From Candidatus Sumerlaeia bacterium (GTDB taxonomy: Bacteria; Sumerlaeota; Sumerlaeia; SLMS01; JANRJK01), in the NCBI GenBank assembly GCA_033764015.1, contig JANRJK010000006.1, positions 1 through 59,321 of the forward strand: a DNA stretch of 59,321 bases. The letters run 5' to 3'. A model generated the notes under the pieces. That model saw only the letters and a program-made list of their open reading frames with translations, did not search any database and was not told where the DNA came from. The position numbers and the translations under genes were made by a program. This document shows, one piece after another, positions 32,191 to 50,765 of the stretch; the stretch's first letter is position 1, and every line of letters begins with the position of its first letter.

Positions 32191-32270
32191 GCGGGCCGCC
32201 GGCGCGCGGTTTTCCTCGCCACCGGAGGCGGGGGGCTCCAGCATCCCCGCATCAACGCAGGAGCCCCCCG

Positions 32271-33536
32271 ATGAGCCTCGCACTCGACCCCGTCACGATC
32301 CTCCAGGACGCCGATCCGGAACTCCACGGCGCGATCCGCGCGGAGGAGCGCCGCCAGCTTTCGACGCTGGAGATGATCGCCTCCGAGAACTTCTCGAGCG
32401 AAGCGGTTCGCGCCGCCTCCGGCAGCGTGTTCGCCCACAAGTACGCCGAGGGCTATCCCGGCAAGCGCTACTACCACGGCTGCGGGCCGAGCGACGTGGC
32501 GGAGACGCTGGCGATCGACCGCTTGAAGGCGCTGTTCGGCGCCGAGTACGCCAACGTGCAGCCGCACAGCGGCTCGACCGCGAACCAGGCGGTCTTCAAC
32601 GCTTTCATGAATCCCGGCGACACGATCCTGTCGCTCTCGCTGGCGCACGGCGGGCACCTCAGCCACGGCCACGGCGTCACGATGGTCGGCAAGGTGTTCA
32701 AGATCGCCAACTATTCGGTGCGGCGGGACACGGAGCTGATCGACTACGACGAGGCGGCCCGCCTCGCGCTGGAGCACAAGCCGCGCGTGGTGATCTGCGG
32801 CGGCTCGGCGTACCCGCGGCTGATCGACTTCGCCCGGTTCCGCGAGATCGCCGACTCGGTCGGCGCGATCCTGCTGACGGACATGGCGCACTTCGCGGGC
32901 CTCGTCGCCGGCAAGGCGATCCCCTCCCCGGTGCCGCACTCGGACGTCGTGACCTCGACGACGCACAAGACGCTGCGCGGGCCCCGCGGCGGGCTGATCC
33001 TCGCAAAGGCGGAGCACGAGAAGGCGCTCAACAAGGCGGTCTTCCCGGGCCTCCAGGGCGGCCCGCTGGTGATGACAATCGCCGCCAAGGCGGTCGCCTT
33101 CCGCGAGGCGCTCCAGCCGTCCTTCGCGCGCTACGCCGCCCAGACGATCAAGAACGCGCAGGTGGTCGCGGAGGTGATGGCGGAGCGCGGCCTGCGCTGC
33201 GTCTCCGGCGGCACCGACACGCACCTGGTGCTGGTTGACCTTTCGAGCTACGGCGTCTCCGGCAAGGTGGCCAGCGAGGCGCTCGAGCACGCCGGCGTGA
33301 CGATCAACATGAACATGATTCCGTACGACACGCGGAAGCCGACGGAGACCAGCGGCATCCGCATCGGGGCGCCCGCGCTCACGAGCCGCGGCATGAAGGA
33401 ATCCGAGTTCCGCACGATCGCGAACTGGATCGCCGACGTGGTGAAGGCGCCGGACGACGAGGCGCTGATCCGCCGCGTGCGTGGGCAGGTCGAGGAGCTC
33501 GCCTCCGGCTACCCGCTGCGCGCCGAAGTCGAATGA
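32271..33536 (+). CDS. glyA: Serine hydroxymethyltransferase
   Basis: MIASENF, KYAEGYPGKRYY, NVQPHSG, GGHLSHG, DMAHFAGL, TTHKTLRGPRGG. Confidence 0.98.
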   Translation: MSLALDPVTILQDADPELHGAIRAEERRQLSTLEMIASENFSSEAVRAASGSVFAHKYAEGYPGKRYYHGCGPSDVAETLAIDRLKALFGAEYANVQPHSGSTANQAVFNAFMNPGDTILSLSLAHGGHLSHGHGVTMVGKVFKIANYSVRRDTELIDYDEAARLALEHKPRVVICGGSAYPRLIDFARFREIADSVGAILLTDMAHFAGLVAGKAIPSPVPHSDVVTSTTHKTLRGPRGGLILAKAEHEKALNKAVFPGLQGGPLVMTIAAKAVAFREALQPSFARYAAQTIKNAQVVAEVMAERGLRCVSGGTDTHLVLVDLSSYGVSGKVASEALEHAGVTINMNMIPYDTRKPTETSGIRIGAPALTSRGMKESEFRTIANWIADVVKAPDDEALIRRVRGQVEELASGYPLRAEVE

Positions 33537-33627
33537 CAAGGCACCTGCCGCCGGGCCTCCTCTGCTCTTGATCCCCGGGGGTCCGGCGGCCAGCCTCGGA
33601 CAATAACCGAACCGCCGAGGCGAATCG

Positions 33628-34488
33628 ATGCAGATCTTCAAGGGGCTTCCCGCCGCGCAGGTTTCCTTCCTGCGCTCCTGCGGAGCGGTGCGCGTGGTCG
33701 AAGCCGGCCAGCTCCTGTTCCGCGAGGGCGATCCCGCCCTCGGGCTGTTCGTCGTGCTCTCCGGGACCGTCGAGATCTTCCGCGGGCAGGGCGCGGGGGA
33801 AGCGGTCCTCCGTCGCCTCGGGCCCAACGCGGTGTTCGGCGAGATGGGGCTCCTCTGGGACGCGAAGGCGCGCACCGCCTCCGCCCGCGCCTCCGAGCAG
33901 GCGACCCTCTTCGAACTCCCGCGCAACCCGGTCGAGCTCCTCGGCAAGATCGACGACAAGACCGCCGCGATCCGCTTCGTGCAAAACCTCGTCTGCGTGC
34001 TCGGCGAGCGGCTCCGCGCGAAGGACCATGGCGAGGGGCTCGAGGCGGGGCGGCTCCGCCTCCACGAAGCGGTGGAAGTGGATGGCTCGCGGGCGCTGGC
34101 GGAGATCGAATCGCACCTGCCGGACGGCCTCTTCGCCCGCTTCTTCTCCTCCAAGTCCGCCAAGCCCGGCGCGCTACTTTGCCGCGAGGGCGACGCCTCC
34201 GACGCATTCTTCTTCGTCCGCGCCGGCGTGGTCGAGGTGCTGAAGGAAGGCCAGGCGGAGCCCGTCGCCTCCTTCGCGGCGCCGGCGCTCGCGGGCGAGG
34301 TTGGGTTCTTCGGCGGCGAGCCGCGCAGCGCGACGCTGCGGGCCGTGACGGAACTCGAGTATGTGGTGTTCGATGCGAAGGACTGGAAGCGCCTGGTGGA
34401 GAAGTCGCAGGACGACGCGCTCGCGCTGGTGCTCGCGGCGGCGCAGCTATCCGTCCAGTTGATCCGCGAGCGGGAAGGCAGTGCGTAG
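33628..34488 (+). CDS. Protein with two cyclic-nucleotide-binding domains and no output domain
   Basis: FREGD...VLSGTVEI...FGEMGLL...RTASARA and REGD...RAGVVEV...GEVGFF...RSATLRA. Confidence 0.88.
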   Translation: MQIFKGLPAAQVSFLRSCGAVRVVEAGQLLFREGDPALGLFVVLSGTVEIFRGQGAGEAVLRRLGPNAVFGEMGLLWDAKARTASARASEQATLFELPRNPVELLGKIDDKTAAIRFVQNLVCVLGERLRAKDHGEGLEAGRLRLHEAVEVDGSRALAEIESHLPDGLFARFFSSKSAKPGALLCREGDASDAFFFVRAGVVEVLKEGQAEPVASFAAPALAGEVGFFGGEPRSATLRAVTELEYVVFDAKDWKRLVEKSQDDALALVLAAAQLSVQLIREREGSA

Positions 34489-34513
34489 CGCACCCCAGCA
34501 TAGGAGGCCCGCC

Positions 34514-35092
34514 GTGGCCGACGTGTTCCAACTCGATGGATTCACCATCCGCCGCAAGCTCTTCAGCCTGATCGATGTGAAGTTCCACGTGTACGACTCG
34601 GCGGAGAACGTCGTCGGTTTCTGCCTGCTCAAGGGCTTCAAGCTGAAGGAGGACGTGCGCATCTTCTCAGGCGAGGACATGGGCACGCAGCTCCTGCAGA
34701 TCGGCGCGCGCTCGGTCATCGACTTCGGCGCCACCTACGACGTGTCGGACGCCCGCACCGGCGAACGCGTCGGCTCGCTGCGCCGCAAGGGCATCAAGTC
34801 GATCCTGCGCGACGAGTGGCACGTGTTCGACGCGGCCGGGTCGCAGATCGGCGTCATCCGCGAGGACCACCTCGGGCTCGCGCTGCTGCGCCGCCTGCTG
34901 GGCGGCATCATCCCGCAGAGCTACGACTTCCAGGTCGGCGGCGTGGAGGCGATGCGCATCGCGCAGCGCTTCAACCCGTTCATCCTGAAGATGGACTGCT
35001 CCTTCCGCAACACGGGGACGGTGTTCCTGGACCGCCGGCTCGGGCTTGCGGCGGCGCTTCTCCTTTGCGCCATCGAGGGCCGGCAGGAATAA
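34514..35092 (+). CDS. LURP-one/scramblase/Tubby-C-like protein
   Basis: GGAGG RBS then GTG; FKLKEDVRIF, ARSVIDFGATYDV, LRRKGIKSILRDEW, LDRRLGLAAALLL. Confidence 0.8.
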   Translation: MADVFQLDGFTIRRKLFSLIDVKFHVYDSAENVVGFCLLKGFKLKEDVRIFSGEDMGTQLLQIGARSVIDFGATYDVSDARTGERVGSLRRKGIKSILRDEWHVFDAAGSQIGVIREDHLGLALLRRLLGGIIPQSYDFQVGGVEAMRIAQRFNPFILKMDCSFRNTGTVFLDRRLGLAAALLLCAIEGRQE

Positions 35093-35113
35093 CCCACGCC
35101 GGAGGATCGCGCG

Positions 35114-35620
35114 ATGGCGGAACTGGGCGTCCTGGAGGCGTTCGAGCAGTACCGGCCCCTGGGGCCGGACTTCCTGACGTGGCTGGCGATGTCCGCCCGA
35201 GCGGAGAACGCCGTCACGCTGGCCGACGGCACGCGCCTGGAACTCGAGGTGCGCGGGCCGCTCGCGCTCGCGGCGGGGGGCGGCGAAGCCACAAAAGTCA
35301 CGCTGGCGGGCGACGACGCGGTCGGCGCCCCGGAGCTCCGCAGCGCGCTCGGCGAAGGCAAGCGCCTCGTCAAGGCGCGCCTTGTCCTCACGGAGGGCGC
35401 GGACCAGTACGCGTTCACCTTCAACGCGGAGACCTTCGACCTCTCCGCGCTGAAGGTGCCGGTGCCCCGCATCCCCGACCTGGCGCAATACGCCACGGAC
35501 CGCGTGACCGCGATGCAGCACTTGTTCGACGTGGTCGAGCGCGCCTACGAGGAGTTCCTCGCATTGCGCCTCGCGCCGGAACAGTGGGCGGAGACGGTCG
35601 AATCCTGGACGGCGGAGTGA
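35114..35620 (+). CDS. Hypothetical protein resembling the C-terminal half of RdgC-like proteins
   Basis: GGAGG RBS; LGPDFLTWL, ELRSALGEGKRLVKARL, FTFNAETFDLSALKVP. Confidence 0.65.
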   Translation: MAELGVLEAFEQYRPLGPDFLTWLAMSARAENAVTLADGTRLELEVRGPLALAAGGGEATKVTLAGDDAVGAPELRSALGEGKRLVKARLVLTEGADQYAFTFNAETFDLSALKVPVPRIPDLAQYATDRVTAMQHLFDVVERAYEEFLALRLAPEQWAETVESWTAE

Positions 35621-35627
35621 CGCGCCC

Positions 35628-36359
35628 GTGACCCGGCGCGACGCCGCGGCGCTCTTCATCGGCGCGCACCCGGACGACTGCGAGCTGCTCGCGGGCGCGC
35701 TCATCGCGCGCTTGGCGGACGCCGGCCACCGGGTGGTCCTCGCGGACGCGACCGCCGGGGAGATGGGCACCCGCGGCACGCCGCAGGAGCGCGCCCTGGA
35801 GGCCGCCGAGGCCGCGCGCATCCTCGGCGCGGAGCGCGTCTGCCTCGGGCTGCCCGACGGACGCATCGCCCACGACCGCGCCGAGTCGGTCCGCGCCATC
35901 GTCCACGCGATCCGCCAGCACCGCCCGCGGCTCGTCTTCACCCACTCGCCCGGCGACCACCACCCGGACCACAACGCGCTCTCCGCGTTCGTCAAGGAGG
36001 CCTGCTTCCTCGCGAACGCGGGGCGCTACGACACGGGGCAGGAGCGCCACCGCGTGGAACGGTATTTCTACTTCTGGGGCCACCGGGACCTGCCTCCGGC
36101 GAACCTGGCCTTCATCGCCGACGCGACGCCGTACTGGGACCGCAAGCTCGACTCGGTCCGGGCGCACCGCTCGCAGGTCCACACGCCCGGCTACGACGGT
36201 CCCGCCACGACGCTCAGCGACGGGGGCTTCTGGCAACGGCTCGAGGCGCGCTTCGCCTACTTCGGCTCTCTGGTTGGCGTGCGCTACGGCGAACCCTTCA
36301 CCGCCGACCAGGCGCTCCGCGTGGACGACCCGCTGGCGCTGCCGGGAGCGGGGGCATGA
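35628..36359 (+). CDS. bshB1: PIG-L family deacetylase, BshB1-like
   Basis: [35 protein letters not shown]. Confidence 0.8.
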   Translation: MTRRDAAALFIGAHPDDCELLAGALIARLADAGHRVVLADATAGEMGTRGTPQERALEAAEAARILGAERVCLGLPDGRIAHDRAESVRAIVHAIRQHRPRLVFTHSPGDHHPDHNALSAFVKEACFLANAGRYDTGQERHRVERYFYFWGHRDLPPANLAFIADATPYWDRKLDSVRAHRSQVHTPGYDGPATTLSDGGFWQRLEARFAYFGSLVGVRYGEPFTADQALRVDDPLALPGAGA

Positions 36360-38251
36360 GCCGCGCCGACGCGCAGCCGATCGGCTTCGCCGCGCCCTCG
36401 CTGCTCGCCATCCGCGGTCCGCTCACCGGCCTGCGGATCGAACTTGCGGTCTCACCCTACACGATCGGCCGCTCCGGCGAATGCAACATGGTGCTCGAGG
36501 ACGCGCTGGTCAGCCGCCTCCACGCGCGACTCGTGCGCGACCGCCTCGCGTGGCGCATCGAGGACGCCGGCAGCCGCCAAGGCATCCGCGTCAACGGCGA
36601 GGTCCACGCCGGCGCGCGGCTCCTCGCGCCGAACGACGAGATCGAAATCGGCGGGTCGCTCTTCCTCTTCGACTCCGAGTTCGACCTGCAGAACGCCGAA
36701 TTCGCCGACCGCAGCGTCTACTACGCCGGACCGAGCGACGACACGGTCGAGATCGACGCGCGCCACCTGCCACCGGACGAGAACCGCGACGACGCGCCAT
36801 CCGATGCGCTCGCGCTGCTGGTCTCCCTGGGACGGCTCCTGGAGAGCCAGCGGATCACGTTCGGCGACGCGCTCCAGGCCGGCGCCGAGCGCATCGCTCG
36901 CATCTTCCGCGCGGACGTGACGGTGCTCTCGCTCTGGGACTCCGCCGCGGGGACGCTGCGGCCCTCCGCGGTGATCTCCGAACGCGACGTGCTGGTGGAC
37001 TCAAAGGTGCAGGCGCACGTGTTCCGCGAGCGCCGCGCCACGCTGGTGTCCGACCGCCCGAACCTCGCGCCGCACCCATCCGGCAACGCTCCCGCGCCGC
37101 CGCTGGTCCGCTCGCTGCTTTGCGCGCCATTGCTCTGCGAAAGCGGACCCACCGGCGTCGTCTCCGTGGAACGGCACGAACTCGACGCCTACTCGCTGCG
37201 CGACCTGCAGGTGCTGCAGGCGGTGGGCTCGCTGCTCGGCGTCTTCATCGACGCGCGCCAGCGCGCGGAGGCGCTGCGCGCGAAGCTGAACTTCGCGCTC
37301 TCCGAGTCCCCGATCGTCGGCAAGAGTTCGACGCTCGCCAAGGCGCTCCAGCTCGCGCACCGCGTCGCCGCCACGCCCGCCACGGTGCTGCTCACCGGCG
37401 AGACCGGCACCGGCAAGGAGCTGTTCGCCCGCGAGATCCACCGCTTGTCGCCGCGCGGCGAGGCCGCCGGGCCCTACGTCGCCGTGAACTGCTCGGCGAT
37501 CCCGGAGTCGCTCTTCGAAAGCGAGCTCTTCGGCCACGAGCGCGGCTCCTTCACCGGGGCGGTCCGCCAGCAGCGCGGGTACGCGGAGCAGGCCCACGGC
37601 GGCACGCTCTTCCTCGACGAGATCGGCGAGGTCGCCCCCGCCATGCAGCCGAAGCTGCTGCGGTTCCTGCAGGAGCGCACGTTCTACCGCGTCGGCGGGA
37701 CGCGGCCGCTGAAGGCCGACGTCCGCGTGGTCGCCGCCACGAACCGCAACCTCCTCGACGAGGTCGCGAAGGGGCGCTTCCGGGAGGACCTGTACCACCG
37801 CCTCGCCGTGATCGTGATCGACATCCCGCCGCTGCGCGAGCGCCGCTCCGACATCCGCGAGCTCGTGAACCACTTCGTCGCGCTCCACGCGCGCTCCATC
37901 GGCCGCGAGATCGCCGGCATCACCGACGAGGCGATGATCGCCCTCGAGCGCTACGCCTGGCCCGGAAACGTCCGGGAACTCTCCAACTGCATCGAGCGCG
38001 CGATCCTGCTCTGCGACGGCAAGGTTCTCACCCCCGGGCACTTCCTCCTCGCGCCGGCGAAGGGACAGGATCCGCCCGTCGCACCCGAACCCGCGGGGCC
38101 GCCCCGCATCGCGCCCCTCGCCGACATCGAACGCGAGCACATCCTGCGCGTGATGAAGCACTGCCAGGGGAACCAGGTGAAAGCCTCCGAACTCCTCGGC
38201 ATCCACCGCAACACGCTGCGCAAGAAGCTCGACGAGTACGGGGTGCGCTAG
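36356..38251 (+). CDS. Sigma-54-dependent activator (FHA-GAF-AAA+-Fis HTH)
   Basis: FHA IGRS...VSRLHA; GAF-like middle; [46 protein letters not shown]. Confidence 0.93.
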   Translation: MSRADAQPIGFAAPSLLAIRGPLTGLRIELAVSPYTIGRSGECNMVLEDALVSRLHARLVRDRLAWRIEDAGSRQGIRVNGEVHAGARLLAPNDEIEIGGSLFLFDSEFDLQNAEFADRSVYYAGPSDDTVEIDARHLPPDENRDDAPSDALALLVSLGRLLESQRITFGDALQAGAERIARIFRADVTVLSLWDSAAGTLRPSAVISERDVLVDSKVQAHVFRERRATLVSDRPNLAPHPSGNAPAPPLVRSLLCAPLLCESGPTGVVSVERHELDAYSLRDLQVLQAVGSLLGVFIDARQRAEALRAKLNFALSESPIVGKSSTLAKALQLAHRVAATPATVLLTGETGTGKELFAREIHRLSPRGEAAGPYVAVNCSAIPESLFESELFGHERGSFTGAVRQQRGYAEQAHGGTLFLDEIGEVAPAMQPKLLRFLQERTFYRVGGTRPLKADVRVVAATNRNLLDEVAKGRFREDLYHRLAVIVIDIPPLRERRSDIRELVNHFVALHARSIGREIAGITDEAMIALERYAWPGNVRELSNCIERAILLCDGKVLTPGHFLLAPAKGQDPPVAPEPAGPPRIAPLADIEREHILRVMKHCQGNQVKASELLGIHRNTLRKKLDEYGVR

Positions 38252-38265
38252 CACCCCGCAACGGA

Positions 38266-38880
38266 TCAGGCGCGCGGGTCGGACCACGACTCCGGTCCGC
38301 AAAGGGAACGCCCCGCCCGCTCGGCCGCGTCCGCCCCCATGACCCGTGCGAGGACATGCAGGCATGCCCGGATCCCCGCGATCCCGCCGCGGGAGGTGAC
38401 GACCGGGCCCGCATCGACGAGCCACTCCCCCGCCGACACCTTCACCCGCGGATGGCGCATGCCCAGCTCCTCCGCCGCCGAAGGGTCGGTCGTCGCCTCG
38501 CGCCCCTCCAGCGCGCCCGCCGCCGCCAGCAGGAAGGCGCCTGTGCCGATGGAGAGCATAAGCGGAGTCTCCAACGAGCGCGCGCGGATCCACTCGATGA
38601 GTCTGTCGTCGGTCATCTCGCGGACCCTTCCGACGCCGCCGGGAGCGATGATAAGGTCGGCGCGGGGAGCGTCTCGAAGCGAGTGGTCGGGGTGGATCGC
38701 GAGCCCGCCCGCGCAGCGCACGGTTCCCGGACGCGGCGCCACGGTCTTCACGAGGCAGTAGGGTTCGCCGCGCGTGTCGACCGCCGAGCCGAAGATATCG
38801 GAAGGTCCGCCGCACGCCAAGGCGTCGACATCGTCGAAAACCAGGATCAGGACAGTGAAGGGCGACAACGAATGCAGCAC
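38266..38880 (-). CDS. DJ-1/PfpI family protein lacking the catalytic Cys
   Basis: ILVFDDVD...GP.DIF, DLIIAPGGVG, SIGTGAFLLAAAG.LEGREATT, VTSRGGIAGI. Confidence 0.85.
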   Translation of the reverse strand: MLHSLSPFTVLILVFDDVDALACGGPSDIFGSAVDTRGEPYCLVKTVAPRPGTVRCAGGLAIHPDHSLRDAPRADLIIAPGGVGRVREMTDDRLIEWIRARSLETPLMLSIGTGAFLLAAAGALEGREATTDPSAAEELGMRHPRVKVSAGEWLVDAGPVVTSRGGIAGIRACLHVLARVMGADAAERAGRSLCGPESWSDPRA

Positions 38881-38976
38881 CGAAGCGGGCTCCCCATTCC
38901 CGTAGGAGGTATGCCGCCAGGCGCCCGGTCCCGGTCGAGGGGGATCCGGAACAGGCCGCGCGGGCGCGCTCCGCTC

Positions 38977-39005
38977 TTGACCTCGCGGGGGCGTGTGCGC
39001 ATCCT
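38977..39005 (+). promoter_or_regulatory. Probable sigma70 promoter of the tRNA
   Basis: TTGACC-N17-CATCCT, ending 13 nt before the tRNA. Confidence 0.5.
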
Positions 39006-39018
39006 CGCCAACTCCCGG

Positions 39019-39094
<76 letters not shown>

Positions 39095-39113
39095 CTTTTC
39101 CTTCCCGCAGCCT

Positions 39114-40094
39114 TTACTCCTCCGCTGCCTCCCGGTCCATCTGGTCGAGGAGCAGCGTGATCGTCGTCACGGCGCGGGGGTCGGTCTCTTCGTTCAGCCG
39201 GTCGTTGTAGAATCTGCGGACCGAGTCGCGGTCGCTGTTCAGGTAGAGCGCGGAGTAGGCGCGCATGCGCTCGTCCGGGTCGTAGTTGCGGAAGTTGCCG
39301 CCGGATAGCGACGTCATCAGGTGGCTCGACGCGCGCTGCACCTCGTCGTCGCTCACGCTCTCGCCGGTCTGCTTCAGGTTCAGCAGCGTGCTGGCGGCGA
39401 TGATGCGCGCGGGCGAGTCCTCGTCGTAGTCCGTGAAGCCCTTGCGCGCGAAGTCGAGCGCGTGCTCCGGCGCCACCATGTAGGAGAGGTCGAGGCGGGC
39501 GCGCAGCTCCTGGTAGCTCATCGGCGTGCTCGGCTGCGTGGAGAGGATCCGCGCCAGTTCCGTGTCCCGGTACTCGAGCTGGTTGATGCTGAGGTCCGCG
39601 AACCCCTTCGGTTCGGTGCGGTCCAGCATGTACTGGCGCAGCTCGGTCGAATCCTCCATCGCGAGGAGGCCGGCGATGTTGTCGCGGACCTCCCCGCGCG
39701 CCTGCAGCGCGTTGATGATGTCCATGCGCTCCGCTTCGGAGGCGCGCTCGTACATCGCCTCGACGGACCCGTAGAAGGCGAGGAGCTCGGCGAACAGGTC
39801 GGGATCGAGCGAAAGCTCGAGGGGTTCGAGCGCGGTGCCGTCGGGTTTGACGAAGCCCTGGGGAAGGGTCCGCGCCGGAGCGGCGATGGCCTCCGGCGTC
39901 GGGGTGGGCTCGGGCGTGGGGGCGGGTGTGGGGAAGGGCGTCGGCGCGGGGCGCGGGGTGGCGGCCGCCGCGGTGCGGGTGTCGACGGCGGGCGCGGGGG
40001 TGTCCTCGCGGCCGGCGCGGCTGAGCACCAGCGCCAGCAGCGCGACGGCGACCGCCGCGGGAACTAGGATGAGAGCCGGATTCTTACGGTTCAT
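39114..40094 (-). CDS. Hypothetical N-terminally anchored protein with Pro/Thr linker and helical (HEAT-like) domain
   Basis: MNRKNP followed by a hydrophobic stretch, PTPFPTPAPTPEPTPTP linker, host-like codon use. Confidence 0.75.
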   Translation of the reverse strand: MNRKNPALILVPAAVAVALLALVLSRAGREDTPAPAVDTRTAAAATPRPAPTPFPTPAPTPEPTPTPEAIAAPARTLPQGFVKPDGTALEPLELSLDPDLFAELLAFYGSVEAMYERASEAERMDIINALQARGEVRDNIAGLLAMEDSTELRQYMLDRTEPKGFADLSINQLEYRDTELARILSTQPSTPMSYQELRARLDLSYMVAPEHALDFARKGFTDYDEDSPARIIAASTLLNLKQTGESVSDDEVQRASSHLMTSLSGGNFRNYDPDERMRAYSALYLNSDRDSVRRFYNDRLNEETDPRAVTTITLLLDQMDREAAEE

Positions 40095-40272
40095 GGCAGG
40101 CCGATCCGCTGGGGGAGTCGATGGAACGCCGGGAGGGGCGAGTAACGGGCCGTTGGCGCGCCTCCGCAAGGAGCTTCTCCCGTGCCACCCCGGGGGGCGC
40201 GGCCGCGGGGCCGGGATTCCGTTTTACCCCGCGCCGCGACGCTGCCATAGTCCAGCGGTTCGCACTCCCCCG

Positions 40273-41439
40273 ATGGATGCCGCCATGAGCCACGCCGACG
40301 ACCACGCCTTCGACCACCGCTTCGAGCTGCTGATGGAGCTCTACGGCCAGGGCGAGGCGGAGGGGCTGCAGCGGCAGCTCCTGCACGAGGGCGCGCGGCT
40401 CTACGGCCCGCTCATGAATTACATCCTCCGCCAGCCGAACGAGCCGCGCGTGGCCGTGCTGCTCACCACGCTGGCGAAGCTCGACGACCAGCGGGCGGTG
40501 CCGGTCCTGATCCGGTTCCTCGATATCCACCTGCCGGAGCTGCGGCGCGCCGCCGCGCTGTCGCTCGGATGGCTCCGGGCGCCCGCCGCGCTCGAGAAGC
40601 TCGACAGCGTCGAGGAGAAGGACCCGGACGAAACGGTCCGCGCCGAGGCGGCCGCGGCGATCGACGAGATCCTTCGCGAGTACCCGAACCTTTCGCACGT
40701 CCTGCGGCACCACGGCACGCGCGAATCCGCCTCGACGGAGGAGGTCTCCATGTCGCCCGGGATGCCGAAGGCGACGCCGCACGACGCGAAGCTGATGAAG
40801 TGCGTCCCGCGGCTGGTGGCGGACAAGTACCAGGCGGTGCCGATCCGGTACGGGGCCGACGGGAAGCTGCATGTGGCCGCGCTGCTCGGCCGCAGCTCGC
40901 GGCTGCGCGACACGCTTTCCGAGATCGCCGGCCACCCGGTCACCCTCGAATCGTGGCCGCTTTCGCGGATCCGCCCGGCGATGCAGGCGCTGTACCGGCT
41001 CGGCGACGAGGACTTCTGCTACTGGCACGACCAGATCACCGAGGCGGCGCTCGGCGAATGCGCGTCCCGGGTGCTGGCGCGGGTCGAGCCCGACTCCCCC
41101 CTGTGCCCGCTCGACGAGGCGGTGGACGCGATCGAGGCGGTCCGGGCGGTGCTGGCCCTCGCGGCCACCGGGCGCACGGAGGTGGTGGTGATCGAAACGA
41201 CCGGCGAGGGGATGCGGCTGCGCTACGACATGGGCGGGATGTTCCACTCGCTGGAGCCGCCGGCGCCGGAGCTCCGCCCGCGTTTCCTCAAGGCGCTCTT
41301 CGTCCTGGCGCGCATCGCCCCGGAGGTCGAGTCCGGCGAAGGCACCATCGGTTCGCCGGAAAGCGGCCTCCATTTCCGCATCAAGGTGGTCTCCCGCGGC
41401 GAATGCCAGCACCGGGTCGAGCTGCGCTGCGAGCACTGA
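40273..41439 (+). CDS. HEAT-repeat protein fused to GspE/PilB N-terminal-like domains, with no ATPase domain
   Basis: HEAT: AVPVLIRFL...LRRAAALSLGWL, DPDETVRAEAAAAI. VPRLVADKYQAVPI resembles GspE N1D; VVVIE...MRLRYDMGG resembles N2D. Confidence 0.7.
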   Translation: MDAAMSHADDHAFDHRFELLMELYGQGEAEGLQRQLLHEGARLYGPLMNYILRQPNEPRVAVLLTTLAKLDDQRAVPVLIRFLDIHLPELRRAAALSLGWLRAPAALEKLDSVEEKDPDETVRAEAAAAIDEILREYPNLSHVLRHHGTRESASTEEVSMSPGMPKATPHDAKLMKCVPRLVADKYQAVPIRYGADGKLHVAALLGRSSRLRDTLSEIAGHPVTLESWPLSRIRPAMQALYRLGDEDFCYWHDQITEAALGECASRVLARVEPDSPLCPLDEAVDAIEAVRAVLALAATGRTEVVVIETTGEGMRLRYDMGGMFHSLEPPAPELRPRFLKALFVLARIAPEVESGEGTIGSPESGLHFRIKVVSRGECQHRVELRCEH

Positions 41440-41535
41440 GCGCGCCGCCCGCCGCGGAGGGGGCGGAAACGCAAGCGGATTTTGTGCTTGATAGGCGTTG
41501 ACACGCGGCGGCGCGGCGCGGTCTGTTGACCGTTC

Positions 41536-41573
41536 GGCGGTCGGCCCCTACGGGGGGCGTCCGCCTTCTTTTT
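41536..41573 (+). terminator. Terminator-like hairpin in the region upstream of rpoB
   Basis: GGCGG-tcgg-CCCC-TACG-GGGG-gcgt-CCGCC with a cUACGg tetraloop, followed by TTCTTTTT. Confidence 0.6.
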
Positions 41574-41792
41574 CCAGGTGAACAGTTGACCATCGGCTTT
41601 CCCTGCCTCCCGGCGGACCATTGCTCAGACGGCGACACCTCGGGACGCGCCACCGGCGCGTGCGGGTGGAGGATGCTGTTGTGCCCGCTTTCGTTGGACG
41701 GGCGCAAGGGGAATAAACTGCTTTACCTCGGGCGCACCGACCAGTCGCTTTTCGATAAACCTTTTTAGCAAACCCCAGGAGGCGTTCCCAAC

Positions 41793-46115
<4,323 letters not shown>

Positions 46116-46161
46116 CCCGCCACCGACCACGACCGACACGAAACAGGAGCATAGAGCGACG

Positions 46162-50592
<4,431 letters not shown>

Positions 50593-50622
50593 GCGCACTC
50601 CGCCGCCCACAGCGACGCCACC

Positions 50623-50660
50623 GCGCCCTCCGCCGCAACCCGGCGGAGGGCGCTTTCTTT
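50623..50660 (+). terminator. Intrinsic terminator of rpoBC
   Basis: GCGCCCTCCGCCG-caacc-CGGCGGAGGGCGC followed by TTTCTTT. Confidence 0.85.
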
Positions 50661-50765
50661 CCGCGCTCCCCCCCGTTCGCCTTTCCCGCTTGTGCGCCCC
50701 GGTCCCGTGCCCGGATATCCCCGTTCTTGCACGAAACTGCGACCACCCTCCCGGTAGTGCACCGC

